The notes: a model not told the origin generated them from the sequence alone. DNA of 64,000 nt from Candidatus Omnitrophota bacterium (GCA_041650835.1 JBAZKL010000003.1:35682-99681); one strand, 5' to 3'; shown: positions 18,476 through 29,206, counted from the stretch's first letter. Translations and numbers: made by a program.

Positions 18476-19180
18476 CTAAGCGGAAACCGTAGATCTGATT
18501 ATATTGAGAAAATTACGATAGAGAATATTGGCGTGCGCGTCAAAGGAAGCTTTGTTTTCTCGGAATTCATTGCGGATCTTTGTAAAAACCGGTTGTTGTT
18601 TATTTTTTGCGTAAGCATCGATCCAGGAATCAACGATCGCCGGAGTCACTTCGATATGGAATTGCAGACCATAAGCATTCTTACCCACGCGAAACGCCTG
18701 ATGCGGGCATTTCTCAGACGAAGCTAACAGCACCCCGCCTTTGGGAATTTCGAACATATCCTCATGCCACTGAAAAACCTTTAAATCAAAAGGCAAATCT
18801 TTAAAAAGGGCATCTCGCCTGCCGGCTTCAGTAAACCGCACCTCTGAAAACCCGATTTCTTTTTGCGGCGAATTCCCCACTTTCGCTTCGGCTGCTTTGG
18901 CCAAGAGCTGGCTGCCCAGGCAAATCCCAAGAAAAGGGATACCTTTCTTGAGGATTTCTTTTATGAAAGCATCTTCTCCTTTTAAAAAAGGGAATTTATT
19001 ATCTTCATAAACATTCATCGGCCCGCCCAAAGAAATGACCGCCTCTATTGCGCTCAGGTTGACCGGTAATACTTCCCCCTTGCTCAGGTCAATAACAGAA
19101 AAAGAACGGGCAGTATCGGTCAAGAAACTTCCGATACTGCCCGGCCCTTCGATATCTATATGCTTTACCGCAATGATCAT
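18476..19180 (-). CDS. class I glutamine amidotransferase-like protein
   Basis: GICLGSQLL nucleophile elbow, His/Glu region FHIE. Confidence 0.75.
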   Translation of the reverse strand: MIIAVKHIDIEGPGSIGSFLTDTARSFSVIDLSKGEVLPVNLSAIEAVISLGGPMNVYEDNKFPFLKGEDAFIKEILKKGIPFLGICLGSQLLAKAAEAKVGNSPQKEIGFSEVRFTEAGRRDALFKDLPFDLKVFQWHEDMFEIPKGGVLLASSEKCPHQAFRVGKNAYGLQFHIEVTPAIVDSWIDAYAKNKQQPVFTKIRNEFRENKASFDAHANILYRNFLNIIRSTVSA

Positions 19181-19195
19181 GCGTTACATATTCGC

Positions 19196-21391
19196 TTATT
19201 TAATGAACAACATCTCCCTGTATTTCGGCAGGTCCCAATGTTCGTCGGAAACAACCGACTCCAGCGCATCCACATGCTTTCTGATATGCTCCATCAAAGG
19301 CTTAAGCTCTTCAAAATAAAGCATAGCGCGTTTTTCCCCGTCAAGTTTTCCCGCCTTCTCTAAAAGCTTCATCATAGCCTTGGTATTGCGCCTGACGTAA
19401 TAGATCTTGGAGGTAACCTCGCTTAAATGCTCTTTTTGATCATCAAGGGCAGCTTCCTCAAACTTCACCTTAGCGCTCTTCTTAAGATCAGCCACTTCGC
19501 CGATGGTCTTTGCCAGCATATGCTGATATTCGATGCCCGCGGGCACGACACTGGCGTTTACCATTTCATTGAGCGTCTGCGCTTCGATCTCCAGGACCAA
19601 ATTATAAGTATGGATCCAGATATGATACCGCGCCACCAGCTCTTCCTTGGTAAAAACCTTATATTTCTCAAAAAGGGCGATATTCTTTTCTTCGGTCAAT
19701 GCCTCAAGGGCTTGCGCGGTTGAAGCGACGTTCGGCAAGCCTCTCTTCTTTGCTTCTTTGACCCATTCTTCCGCGTAGTTATTCCCTTCAAAACGGATAT
19801 CCTTGGTATCCTTAACTACTTCGGAGACCACTGAAAGCACTGCCGCGTTGAATTCTTTACCGCCTGATTGCGCTTTCCTGATCTTCTCGGCAACATAATC
19901 AAGGCTCTCGGCAATGATCGTATTAACTACCGCGATCGGCGTGGAGATATTCTGCGAAGAACCTACCGCGCGGAACTCAAACTTTGCGCCGGTGAAAGCA
20001 AACGGGGAAGTCCGGTTCCTGTCAGTCGAATCTTTATTGAACTTTGGCAGGCGCGCAACGCCTAAATCAATAACATCGCGCTTTGAAACGCTTGATTTTG
20101 CCCCCTTCTCAAGCATATTCAAGATCTGGGTAAGCTGTTCACCCAAAAAGACGCTGATGATCGCAGGAGGAGCTTCGTTCGCGCCAAGCCTGTGCTCATT
20201 ACCCGCCATGGCAACGCTTGCGCGTAAAAGATCGGAATGATAATAGACCGCGCGCAACACCGCTGCCAGCACTGCGAGAAACTGCAGGTTATCCTCGGGA
20301 GTATCTCCCGGATTAAGCAAATTATTGCCTTTATCATCGGCTAAGGACCAATTAAGATGTTTGCCGCTTCCATTAATTCCCGCGAATGGTTTTTCATGCA
20401 AGAGGCAGACTAATCCATGGCGAAGCGCCACCTTCTTCATTAAATCCATTAAAAGCTGGTTATGGTCAGCCGCCAGGTTTGACTCTTCGAAGATCGGAGC
20501 GAATTCATACTGGTGCGGAGCGACTTCGTTATGCCGGGTAGTCACCGGTATCGCGAGTTTATAAGCTTCTTCGGCGACCTCAAACATAAAATTAAGCACG
20601 CGGTCTTTAATGGTGCCGAAATACTGGTCTTCCAGCTGTTGCCCCTTAGGAGAAGCAGCGCCGACGAGTGTACGGTTAGCCATGACCAGGTCCTGCCTGA
20701 GATTATAATAATTTTTGTCGATCAGGAAATATTCCTGTTCCGGGCCGCAGGTTGAATATACTTTCTTGACATCTTTATGGCCAAAAAGCTTTACCAGATT
20801 AACCGCCGCTTTATTTAAGGCTTCATCTGAACGCAGCAACGGTAATTTCTGGTCTAAGGCATCTCCATGATAAGAGATAAAAATCGTTGGGATACAAAGA
20901 GTTCGCCCTAATTTGCTCTCCATGATAAAAGCGGGGCTGGTCGGGTCCCATGCGGTATACCCGCGCGCTTCAAAGGTCGCGCGGATGCCGCCTGAAGGAA
21001 AGCTGCTGGCGTCCGGCTCTCCCTGAATAAGCCGCGAACCGGAAAATTTCTCAATGACTTTCCCGGGGGCGGTTATAGAGATAAAGCTATCATGCTTCTC
21101 GGCGGTCAAGCCGGTCATAGGCTGGAACCAATGCGTATAATAGGTAGCCCCTTTACTCATTGCCCAATCCTTCATGGCATTAGCGATCTCATTTGCCTGC
21201 TCAAGAGTAATAGTCTTGCCTTCATTCATCCATATTTTGAACGCTTCCAGGGTATCTTTAGAAATATGCTTTTGCATAGTTTCCAGATTAAAGGTATTCT
21301 CGCCAAAATAGCTGGAAACCTTTTTCGGCGATTCATTCTTTACTAAATCCACACTTTTGATCTTAACAAGCAGCTCCTGACGAATTCCCAT
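19196..21391 (-). CDS. glnN: glutamine synthetase type III
   Basis: ~730 aa, GS motif NGSGKHLNWSL; the ATG at ~21391 follows SD AAGGAGG (track ORF extends to a TTG at 21409). Confidence 0.85.
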   Translation of the reverse strand: MGIRQELLVKIKSVDLVKNESPKKVSSYFGENTFNLETMQKHISKDTLEAFKIWMNEGKTITLEQANEIANAMKDWAMSKGATYYTHWFQPMTGLTAEKHDSFISITAPGKVIEKFSGSRLIQGEPDASSFPSGGIRATFEARGYTAWDPTSPAFIMESKLGRTLCIPTIFISYHGDALDQKLPLLRSDEALNKAAVNLVKLFGHKDVKKVYSTCGPEQEYFLIDKNYYNLRQDLVMANRTLVGAASPKGQQLEDQYFGTIKDRVLNFMFEVAEEAYKLAIPVTTRHNEVAPHQYEFAPIFEESNLAADHNQLLMDLMKKVALRHGLVCLLHEKPFAGINGSGKHLNWSLADDKGNNLLNPGDTPEDNLQFLAVLAAVLRAVYYHSDLLRASVAMAGNEHRLGANEAPPAIISVFLGEQLTQILNMLEKGAKSSVSKRDVIDLGVARLPKFNKDSTDRNRTSPFAFTGAKFEFRAVGSSQNISTPIAVVNTIIAESLDYVAEKIRKAQSGGKEFNAAVLSVVSEVVKDTKDIRFEGNNYAEEWVKEAKKRGLPNVASTAQALEALTEEKNIALFEKYKVFTKEELVARYHIWIHTYNLVLEIEAQTLNEMVNASVVPAGIEYQHMLAKTIGEVADLKKSAKVKFEEAALDDQKEHLSEVTSKIYYVRRNTKAMMKLLEKAGKLDGEKRAMLYFEELKPLMEHIRKHVDALESVVSDEHWDLPKYREMLFIK

Positions 21392-21418
21392 GATCTCCTC
21401 CTTAGTCAACGATGTCTT

Positions 21419-21466
21419 AAAAAAAAAGCGCCCACATTCGGCCTCTTACCCGGCCACAGTGAACGC
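21419..21466 (-). terminator. terminator-like hairpin plus U9 in the glnN 5' leader, ~27 nt upstream of the start codon (candidate attenuator)
   Basis: minus-strand RNA gcguucacugugGCCggguaagaGGCcgaaugugggcgc-UUUUUUUUU; stem needs G-U pairs so it only forms in the minus-strand transcript. Confidence 0.45.
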
Positions 21467-21534
21467 CCCTGTTCTTAGCTGTGACAATCTCATGTGCACT
21501 GCTATGTGCACATTTACTATACAATAAGATATCA

Positions 21535-21569
21535 TTATATACAAGTAAAAAATGCTTGCGCTTGGTAAC
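21535..21569 (-). promoter_or_regulatory. glnN promoter: GTTACCAAG-N21-TATAAT
   Basis: plus strand ATTATAtacaagtaaaaaatgcttgcgCTTGGTAAC. Confidence 0.5.
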
Positions 21570-21608
21570 TTTTTTTACCCTTAAAACGCGGCTTTTCCAC
21601 AGCCGTCT

Positions 21609-22001
21609 TCACGCCGGTAAAGGCCCCTTCCCCGATTCATCAGGATCATGGACCTTAATGAAATCCTCTAGTTTATGGCCGTCAATGCCGTCCATTCTGA
21701 CAAATTGAATACCTGCTTCGGTAACATTTTCTTTTGCCTGCACAAGCCGCGAAACATCCCTTGTCCAGACAACCCGGCTATAGATCGAAAGCGGAATAAA
21801 ATAATCCGGGACTACCAGCCCCATGGTAAAAGTATCCCCCACGTCAACTTTCTTCGACACCACGATATGGGCGCCTTCTTTTGAAATATCCTTTGTGAAA
21901 GAAAGAAAACGCCCGCAGGGCTTGATCTTCTCGGCATTGCCCTGGCAATGAGCAATGACCCTGGTTAACAACCGATTGGATTCTCTTTTTTCTACCATCA
22001 T
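21609..22001 (-). CDS. PilZ domain protein (c-di-GMP binding)
   Basis: RESNRL and DISKEGA motifs. Confidence 0.6.
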   Translation of the reverse strand: MMVEKRESNRLLTRVIAHCQGNAEKIKPCGRFLSFTKDISKEGAHIVVSKKVDVGDTFTMGLVVPDYFIPLSIYSRVVWTRDVSRLVQAKENVTEAGIQFVRMDGIDGHKLEDFIKVHDPDESGKGPLPA

Positions 22002-22399
22002 GAAACATTCCTCTCTTCCCGGGAAAAACTATTCGTAAACAGCCGGTTTACTTCACCGTGCAGCACGGAAAGGGCGTCTAATTTATAATAGTACCCGTCG
22101 GCATTGTTGACTAAGAACCGTTGTTCGTCTTGCGGATAAACACTGGAGATCAATATTTTGATCCCGGGAAATTCCTTCTTTATCATATCAAAAACATCAA
22201 GGCCGCTTGATTCCGGCAACAAGATATCTAAAAGGGCTATTTTTACGTCCTCATTCCTTCTTAACAGATCAATCGCTTCTTTCCCGTCAGAAGCCTGTAA
22301 GACCTTATAGCCCAAACCCGTTAATTCCTGAAAAAAAAGAGCCCGGATCTTAGGTTCGTCATCAATAACCAGGATCTTATTAATTTGTACCATTCTCAA
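21998..22399 (-). CDS. single-domain response regulator (CheY-like receiver)
   Basis: KILVIDDE...LLDILLPESSG. Confidence 0.75.
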   Translation of the reverse strand: MRMVQINKILVIDDEPKIRALFFQELTGLGYKVLQASDGKEAIDLLRRNEDVKIALLDILLPESSGLDVFDMIKKEFPGIKILISSVYPQDEQRFLVNNADGYYYKLDALSVLHGEVNRLFTNSFSREERNVS

Positions 22400-22742
22400 C
22401 TACCCCTTTAATTTTCTTTAATAACACTTCAATCCCCTGCGATTTATCATAATAATCATGCGCCCAGGAGATCATACGCTTCTGCTCTTCCGGATGATAG
22501 ACGCTCGAAACGATCACCTTGGTATTCTTATGGAACATCTGTATCACCTCGGACAATGTCTCCCCGTCAATATCAGGCATTTTAATATCTAAAAGCACTA
22601 AATCGATAGCTTCTTTCTTCAATATTTCATTGGTTTCCGAAGCATTTGAGGCCTCAATTACCTTAAACCCTTCAGAAACAAGCAAACTCGTATACATATC
22701 ACGGATATTCTTTTCATCATCCACTACCAGGATCTTTTTCAT
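22380..22742 (-). CDS. single-domain response regulator (CheY-like receiver)
   Basis: MKKILVVDDE...LLDIKMPDIDG; track ORF extends 15 codons upstream. Confidence 0.75.
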   Translation of the reverse strand: MKKILVVDDEKNIRDMYTSLLVSEGFKVIEASNASETNEILKKEAIDLVLLDIKMPDIDGETLSEVIQMFHKNTKVIVSSVYHPEEQKRMISWAHDYYDKSQGIEVLLKKIKGVVENGTN

Positions 22743-22895
22743 AGCCGGCTCCTTTTTGTTATGATTATTAATAGTATAGTAAAACACAGATTAAAAGAAC
22801 GTTAAAATAACATTAAGTTTCTTTAATGATTGCAAGACACATGACACAAGTCGCAAGTGGTCAGTAGTCCACAGTCCATAGTCGATAGTAATTGA

Positions 22896-23066
22896 TAAAC
22901 TTTACGGTTATGCTGAAGCGCACATTAGAAAACTTTTTCCAAAAGTCTGCGAGGAATTACGAGGTGTTGAAGCACGATGCTCTCCCGTAAATCTACTGGC
23001 GGAAACACCGAGTAAACCGAAGCAGACGGAAAAAGTTTTCAGTGCGCGCAAGCAAAACCGTAAAGT
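22896..23066. repeat. rod-like structured repeat K2 (paralog of K1)
   Basis: aaactttacggtt...aaaccgtaaagtt termini; 5' gaaaactttttcc pairs with 3' ggaaaaagttttc. Confidence 0.45.
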
Positions 23067-23079
23067 TACATCATAAAAG

Positions 23080-23230
23080 TAGAGAAAACGGAATATTCGA
23101 TAAACAAGAAAATCCGGGGAACCGGTAATCGGGGACTAGAGAATCTGGAGATTGGGGAATCCGGGATGATGGTGACAGGGGACATCCGGAGAACCGAAAA
23201 GCCGGGACAGAGACATTAAGAGAATGAGAA
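23080..23230. repeat. GGGGA-periodic repeat (paralog at 51690-51755)
   Basis: tccggggaaccggtaatcggggactagagaatctggagattggggaatccggg vs tccgggaaaactggtaatccgagactaggggatcgggtgatcgggg. Confidence 0.4.
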
Positions 23231-23236
23231 TAATAC

Positions 23237-24718
23237 TCACGCAAGCGGCAGGGTAACGGTAAACGTGGTCCCTTTTCCCGGCTTGCTTTTGACTTGAATA
23301 TCAGCATTATGGATCTTGGCGATAGACTGGACGATATTTAAACCCAGGCCTATGCCTGAATACGAACTTTTTATCTTCATATCTTTCTGGAAGAATTTAT
23401 TAAAGATCTTCGGCAGGTCTTCCTCGGCAATACCGATACCCGTGTCGGAAACGCTCAAGGCGACTTTATTATTGACGCTCTTTACCGCTATATTTATCTT
23501 TCCTTTCGCGGGAGTGAATTTAACCGCGTTATTGATCAAGTTAAAAACAAGCCTGCGCAAATGCAGCTTGTCCGCCTTGACCATGACCGGCCTCCCCGGG
23601 ATATCCCCGGAAACGATAAGTTCTTTTTCAACAGCCAGGACTTTACATTGCTCAAGGATCTCCCTCAAGAGTTCCGCCAGATCTATCTGCTCAAAATGAA
23701 AGACCCCTGTTTTATATTCAAGCCGGGTCAGCAACAATAGATCCTCGATCATTTTTATCATTCTCTGGGCTTCTTCGAGGTTCACATTGAGGACCGTCTT
23801 ATATTCATCGATGCTTCGCTCTTTACGCAAGGCGACTTCAGTCTGCCCCCGGATTATCGCCAGCGGCGTTTTTAACTCATGCGCGGCATGCGAGCTGAAT
23901 TCACTCACATATTGAAATGACTTCTCCAGGCGCGATATCATATCATTAAAAGCTTCGACCAGAGGCTTGATCTCTTCATCGATATGCCCGGGCTTGACCC
24001 GCTCACGAAGGTCTTCATAGGTTATTTTACGCGCTGTCTCCGTGATCCTGACCACAGGCTTTAAAATACGCGTCGTAAGGATGCCTCCGATAAAAAAACC
24101 CAGGATCAGGATGACCGGGACACTCACCCAGCGGTAATACAACATGATATTAATGACATGCTGCAGGGGCTCAAGCGGCGTACAGACCTTTAAGACATAT
24201 AACGTTTTATTATTCAGGAAGAACGGCATACTGATCATGCGAAGATCGACGCCCTTGTACCGCACATCCGTCAGCATTTTTTGTTTATCGGTGATCACAT
24301 CGGAGCTTTTTAATATCAGCGATACCAGATCAGGAGGCATATTCCCGGAAGAAACAACCACTTCTCCCGAAGGATTCGCAAAAACGACGTAATCATTTTT
24401 CAGACCCAGGGTATCGATGTTTTTAAGCCACAACGCGTGCAGCCGCGCTACTTTATCCTGATCACCGTGAACCGCCTCTTCCCCGATCGCCCTTTTAAAT
24501 GAAAAAATAAAAGACCAATGGTCATGGCCCAGGATATTGACATATGAAGCTACCGTATTGACCAGCGCATTGGCTTTCATTTCAAGGCGCTCGTCAAAAT
24601 CACGGTATAAATTATAATAGAGGTTTATATAGATAAAGCTGGTATACACCGCGAGGATCAATCCCAAGATAGCGGTGTACAAAATACTGATCTTAAAACG
24701 CACGGAATTAAATTTCAT
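23237..24718 (-). CDS. sensor histidine kinase (TM-HAMP-HisKA-HATPase)
   Basis: H-box SHELKTPL, G-boxes. Confidence 0.85.
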   Translation of the reverse strand: MKFNSVRFKISILYTAILGLILAVYTSFIYINLYYNLYRDFDERLEMKANALVNTVASYVNILGHDHWSFIFSFKRAIGEEAVHGDQDKVARLHALWLKNIDTLGLKNDYVVFANPSGEVVVSSGNMPPDLVSLILKSSDVITDKQKMLTDVRYKGVDLRMISMPFFLNNKTLYVLKVCTPLEPLQHVINIMLYYRWVSVPVILILGFFIGGILTTRILKPVVRITETARKITYEDLRERVKPGHIDEEIKPLVEAFNDMISRLEKSFQYVSEFSSHAAHELKTPLAIIRGQTEVALRKERSIDEYKTVLNVNLEEAQRMIKMIEDLLLLTRLEYKTGVFHFEQIDLAELLREILEQCKVLAVEKELIVSGDIPGRPVMVKADKLHLRRLVFNLINNAVKFTPAKGKINIAVKSVNNKVALSVSDTGIGIAEEDLPKIFNKFFQKDMKIKSSYSGIGLGLNIVQSIAKIHNADIQVKSKPGKGTTFTVTLPLA

Positions 24719-24725
24719 GAACCCC

Positions 24726-25394
24726 TTACCCTTTTAAAATATAGCCGACACCGCGGACAGTATGGATGAGCTCCTTTTTAAAGCCTTTATCTATTTTTTT
24801 ACGCAGGAAATTAGTATACACATCGATGATATTGGTAAAGCTGTCGAAATCGTCCCCCCAGACATGCTCTGAGATCATCGTCCTGGTCACGACCTGGCCG
24901 GCATGCATCATCAAATATTCCAACAAGGCGTATTCTTTCGCGGAAAGGCCGATCTCCTTTCCGGAGCGCCGGACCTTGCGGGTAAGCTGATCCAGCTCCA
25001 GGTCTTCGACCTTAAGCGAGGTTGTCTTGACCGTCGCATCCCGGCGTAAAAGCGCGCGCACCCTGGCCAAAAGTTCTTCAAACGCAAAAGGCTTGGTAAG
25101 ATAATCATCCGCCCCGGCGTCCAACCCTGAAACTTTTTCTTCGACCGACCCGCGGGCGGTGAGCATTAAAACAGGGACATGGATCTTTTTCCCGCGCAGC
25201 TGCCGGCAGATCCCCCTGCCATCGCCGTCAGGCAACATGACATCAAGGACGATCAGATCATAAGGATTGGTTTCCGCCAGAAAAAGCGCTTTTTCCCCGG
25301 TAGGAGCAAGGTCAACCGTATAATGCTCCTCCCGCAAGCCGCGCTTAATAAAATCAGCGATACGGATTTCATCTTCCACTAAGAGGATCCTCAT
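24726..25394 (-). CDS. OmpR-family response regulator
   Basis: MRILLVEDE receiver plus winged-helix C-terminus. Confidence 0.85.
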   Translation of the reverse strand: MRILLVEDEIRIADFIKRGLREEHYTVDLAPTGEKALFLAETNPYDLIVLDVMLPDGDGRGICRQLRGKKIHVPVLMLTARGSVEEKVSGLDAGADDYLTKPFAFEELLARVRALLRRDATVKTTSLKVEDLELDQLTRKVRRSGKEIGLSAKEYALLEYLMMHAGQVVTRTMISEHVWGDDFDSFTNIIDVYTNFLRKKIDKGFKKELIHTVRGVGYILKG

Positions 25395-25542
25395 GGCCTC
25401 AGCCCTTCTTCCTTCCGGAAACGGAAAAAGCAATTCCCTGTCCCGCCCTTAAGGAATTGCCTATAGACTATCTTTCTTTAGCATATCGCCACCTCCGGTG
25501 ACTGATATACGCTCTTATTCCAGCGGCGCTTCAAAAACGGTT

Positions 25543-26031
25543 TTAATACACGCGCCTGCCTTGCGACTGGTCCCAAACTTCCAGTAATTCCAGGCATTCC
25601 TGCCGCAAGAACCCGGGAAAAATATTCAAGGGGCTTTTCCCCAGTTTCTTAAGCCGGGCATTAGAAATATTCAATTCATGAAACCCTCGCTTACTTACAT
25701 CAGCGATAGAAGTCCCATACACAAGCGCGCCGATCCTCGCCCAATGGATAGCTCCAAAACACATAGGGCACGGCTCCGTCGTTGAATAAATATGGCATCC
25801 CGAAAGATCCCATGTCTTGAGCTTCCGTGACGCGGCCCTGATCGCGTTTATTTCCGCGTGAGCGCTTGCGTCACGCTTTAAAACAGTGTTACGCGCTACA
25901 GCCACTACAATCCCCCTACGGGTAATACAAGCGCCGAACGGCCCGCCGGCAACAGACACCGTATTTTTACGGGCCTCTGCCAGGGCTAAACGCATATAAT
26001 GTTCTTTTAATCCGGGCTGAAATTTATCCAT
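25543..26031 (-). CDS. tadA: tRNA-specific adenosine deaminase
   Basis: HAEINAI ... PCPMCFGAI zinc motif. Confidence 0.85.
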   Translation of the reverse strand: MDKFQPGLKEHYMRLALAEARKNTVSVAGGPFGACITRRGIVVAVARNTVLKRDASAHAEINAIRAASRKLKTWDLSGCHIYSTTEPCPMCFGAIHWARIGALVYGTSIADVSKRGFHELNISNARLKKLGKSPLNIFPGFLRQECLELLEVWDQSQGRRVY

Positions 26032-26049
26032 GACGCAATGATGTATAAT

Positions 26050-26526
26050 TTAACGGTCGATCTTGATAACTTTATACCTTAAGACGCCTGCGGGCACCTT
26101 GATTTCCACGATCTCATTTACCTTATGCCCGATTAAGGCTTTACCGACCGGAGAAGTAACGGAGATCTTACTTGCGGCATAATCTGCTTCTAATTCGGAA
26201 ACCAGCGTATATTGAAGTTTTTCTTCTGAATCGAGGTCTTCCAGATCTACAATCGCTCCAATAAGCACTTCATCTTTAGTAATAGATTGATCGTCAAGGA
26301 TACGCGCCCGGCTCATTTTATCTTCCAACTCCGCGACCTTCTTTTCATTAAGCCCCTGCGCATCCTTAGCAGCGTCATATTCGGCATTTTCGCTGATATC
26401 ACCATGGGCCCGGGCCGTAGCGATAGCCCTGGAAATCTCCTGGCGCCGCGTTGTTTTTAAATAGTCTAATTCCTGCATCAATTTTTCAAAACCTTTTTGT
26501 GTTAAATAAATTTCCCCACCGCTCAC
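26050..26526 (-). CDS. greA: transcription elongation factor GreA
   Basis: 158 aa, typical GreA N- and C-domain sequence. Confidence 0.9.
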   Translation of the reverse strand: MSGGEIYLTQKGFEKLMQELDYLKTTRRQEISRAIATARAHGDISENAEYDAAKDAQGLNEKKVAELEDKMSRARILDDQSITKDEVLIGAIVDLEDLDSEEKLQYTLVSELEADYAASKISVTSPVGKALIGHKVNEIVEIKVPAGVLRYKVIKIDR

Positions 26527-26759
26527 CTGTCACCTCCGATAAAAAACCTCATATCCAATATTCATTCGAGAACAACTTCCATTACGTCACACCTATTCTA
26601 CAGCTAAACAAGACATGATTCAATCAAATTCGGCGCAGCAGGCGCGGTATTCATCTATAGAAAAAACCGGATTAAGCGGTTTTCTGCTTACAGCCGGTTT
26701 TTCCCCATGTTTATATTTAATTCTCGATATTTATCCCGGATATCGCGCTTCCGCCGGGA

Positions 26760-27101
26760 TCATCCGATTGCTCCTGGACCTCGTTCTTCGGTACGGATAC
26801 GCACGCATTCCTTAAGGTCTAAGACGAAGATCTTTCCGTCGCCGGTCTCCCCTGTCTTGGCTCCCTTGACGATCGCTTTTATCGTCGGCTCTACATAATT
26901 ATCGTTCACCGCGATCTCAAGGCGGATCTTTCGCAGAAGGTTCCCCGTTTCTTTGGCGCCCCGGTACACCTCCGTAACACCCTTCTGCCTGCCGTGCCCC
27001 AACACTTCGCTTACCGTGATCAGGTTAACTTCCGCTTTATATAACTCCTCTTTTACTTCCTCTAACTTGTATGGTTGTATTATCGCTATTATTAACTTCA
27101 T
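26760..27101 (-). CDS. glnK: nitrogen regulatory protein P-II (copy 1)
   Basis: [17 protein letters not shown]..., T-loop RYRGxxY-like region; >99% nt identity to copy at 28862-29206. Confidence 0.9.
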   Translation of the reverse strand: MKLIIAIIQPYKLEEVKEELYKAEVNLITVSEVLGHGRQKGVTEVYRGAKETGNLLRKIRLEIAVNDNYVEPTIKAIVKGAKTGETGDGKIFVLDLKECVRIRTEERGPGAIG

Positions 27102-27119
27102 ACATCCTCCTTTTCCAAA

Positions 27120-27225
27120 GTCACCAGACACATGTCACAAGTCACAGGTTACAGATCGCAGATGCAAACTGTTCCAATTGTTCTTGTGTCTTGTGACCTG
27201 CGACTTGTGACTCTATATATTCTTT
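27120..27225. repeat. inverted-repeat element with CAGACACATGTCACAAG motif between amt1 and glnK1
   Basis: gtcacaagtcacaggt ... gacctgcgacttgtgac. Confidence 0.4.
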
Positions 27226-28454
27226 TACTCCAATACCGTATACGCCCTCTCCCGGTGCTGCGTCAGGTCAAGGCCCATCATCTCTTCCTTCTCCGTCACG
27301 CGCATCCTAAAGAATATATCCACAAGTTTATATATAACAACCGTGCCGATAAAAGTATAAACTACAGCAACCCCCAAACCGGCCGCCTGGATCAATAATT
27401 GCTTCGGGTTCCCGAAAAACAATCCGTCAGCGCCAGCCGGGTTGACCGCCTTGGAAGCGAATAACCCGGTCGCGAGAGTCCCCAGGATACCTCCAAGCCC
27501 ATGGACACCGAAGGCATCCAGAGAATCGTCATAGCCGAATTTCGGCTTGATCACTGCTACGCCGATAAAACAAACAATGCTGGCAAATATCCCTATTACG
27601 AGCGCGGAAGACGGGCTGACAAAACCGGAAGCAGGGGTAATGGTCGCAAGTCCTGCGATAGAACCGGTAACAATACCGAATACGGTCGGCTTACCGTTGC
27701 GTATCCATTCCAAAAGCGCCCAGCTTAATCCGGCGCTGGCCGCGGCGGCGTTCGTCGCCACAAAAGTACTGACTGCCAGCCCGTTAGCCGCCAGAGCGCT
27801 GCCCGCGTTAAAACCGAACCACCCGAACCAAAGCAGCGCCGTCCCTAAAACTACCAAAGGAAGGTTATGCGGAGCAGGGACATTATGTTCAAGGTTTTTT
27901 CTCCTGCCGATTATTAAGGTAGTCACGAGCGCTGCTATTCCCGCGCTCGTATGCACAACAATGCCCCCCGCGAAATCAAGCACTCCTAAATTCTTAAGCC
28001 AACCTCCCTCACCCCAGACCCAATGGCAAAGAGGGGCGTAAATAAAGGTGCTCCATAAAAGAGTAAATACCAAAAATGCCGAGAAGCGGATCCTTTCCGC
28101 GAAAGCTCCGATAATAAGCGCAGGAGTAATGATAGCGAACATCGCCTGGAATATCATGAATGCCTGGTGCGGGATCGTCCCGGCATACGCGGCATACGGC
28201 TCTACCCCCACGCCGTTCAATCCAAACCAAAGCGAACCGCCCCAAAAACCCTTCCCCGGAGCAAACGAAAGGCTATAGCCAAAAAGCATCCAATGCACCG
28301 TCAACAAACATAAAACAAAGAAACATTGCATCAAGACGCTCAAAATGTTCTTTCTTCTGACCATCCCTCCATAGAAAAAGGCCAATCCCGGGGTCATTAA
28401 CATAACAAACGCGCTCGAGAATAAGACAAATACCGTATCTCCCGAATTAATCAT
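27225..28454 (-). CDS. amt: ammonium transporter (Amt family), copy 1
   Basis: 409 aa, 11 TM, typical Amt signature. Confidence 0.9.
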   Translation of the reverse strand: MINSGDTVFVLFSSAFVMLMTPGLAFFYGGMVRRKNILSVLMQCFFVLCLLTVHWMLFGYSLSFAPGKGFWGGSLWFGLNGVGVEPYAAYAGTIPHQAFMIFQAMFAIITPALIIGAFAERIRFSAFLVFTLLWSTFIYAPLCHWVWGEGGWLKNLGVLDFAGGIVVHTSAGIAALVTTLIIGRRKNLEHNVPAPHNLPLVVLGTALLWFGWFGFNAGSALAANGLAVSTFVATNAAAASAGLSWALLEWIRNGKPTVFGIVTGSIAGLATITPASGFVSPSSALVIGIFASIVCFIGVAVIKPKFGYDDSLDAFGVHGLGGILGTLATGLFASKAVNPAGADGLFFGNPKQLLIQAAGLGVAVVYTFIGTVVIYKLVDIFFRMRVTEKEEMMGLDLTQHRERAYTVLE

Positions 28455-28547
28455 AACCGCTCCTCTCTGCTGATTTGCTCAACTGTTTACACAATTGAAT
28501 AAAAGAACCCAATAAAAATTCCTCCATAGAAAAACGAAGGATTATTG

Positions 28548-28735
28548 GCACCCCGGCTTAAAGGAGTGCCGGGTATGCGCCTTCTGCGGCAACACCCCGG
28601 CTTAAAGGAGTGCCGGGTATGCGCCTTCTGCGGCAACACCCCGGCTTAAAAGGATGTGCCGGGTGTGTTGCTTTCTGCGTACACCCCGCGCTATTCTGTA
28701 TTGCGCGGGTGTGTTGCTTTCTGCAACAAAGGCGT
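28548..28735. repeat. tandem ~44-bp hairpin repeats (x3) plus REP-like unit in amt1 leader
   Basis: cccggcttaaaggagtgccgggtatgcgccttctgcggcaacac x3, then caccccgcgctattctgtattgcgcgggtg. Confidence 0.6.
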
Positions 28736-28822
28736 TTACACACAACTGTTACTATACAATCGTGCATAAACGCCTCTGTTTTGAAAACACAAGCACTGCA
28801 ATGTGCTATTTTATTCTTCTCT

Positions 28823-28855
28823 CTTTACAAGTAAGATAGCACATCTCCTGGTAAC
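28823..28855 (-). promoter_or_regulatory. amt1 promoter region with CCTGGTAAC motif (weaker -10)
   Basis: plus strand TCTTTAcaagtaagatagcacatctCCTGGTAAC. Confidence 0.35.
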
Positions 28856-28861
28856 TATTAT

Positions 28862-29206
28862 TTATCCGATCGCCATAGCTCCCTTTTCTTCGGTACGGAT
28901 ACGCACGCATTCCTTAAGGTCTAAGACGAAGATCTTTCCATCGCCGGTCTCCCCTGTCTTGGCTCCCTTGACGATCGCTTTTATCGTCGGCTCTACATAA
29001 TTATCGTTCACCGCGATCTCAAGGCGGATCTTTCGCAGAAGGTTCCCCGTTTCTTTGGCGCCCCGGTACACCTCCGTAACACCCTTCTGCCTGCCGTGCC
29101 CCAACACTTCGCTTACCGTGATCAGGTTAACTTCCGCTTTGTATAACTCCTCTTTTACTTCCTCTAACTTGTATGGTTGTATTATCGCTATTATTAACTT
29201 CATCAA
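28862..29206 (-). CDS. glnK: nitrogen regulatory protein P-II (copy 2)
   Basis: 2 nt differences from copy 1 over ~315 nt. Confidence 0.9.
   Translation of the reverse strand: MMKLIIAIIQPYKLEEVKEELYKAEVNLITVSEVLGHGRQKGVTEVYRGAKETGNLLRKIRLEIAVNDNYVEPTIKAIVKGAKTGETGDGKIFVLDLKECVRIRTEEKGAMAIG

Noticed and set aside
23080-23230. G-quadruplex from GGGG runs
   Set aside because: The inter-run loops are 5-19 nt, too long and irregular for a canonical G4. The runs are explained by the GGGGA-periodic repeat family.
28558-28839. ORFs 28558..28767, 28610..28834 and 28654..28839 in the amt1 leader
   Set aside because: They are composed of the tandem hairpin repeats and are low complexity with no start context.
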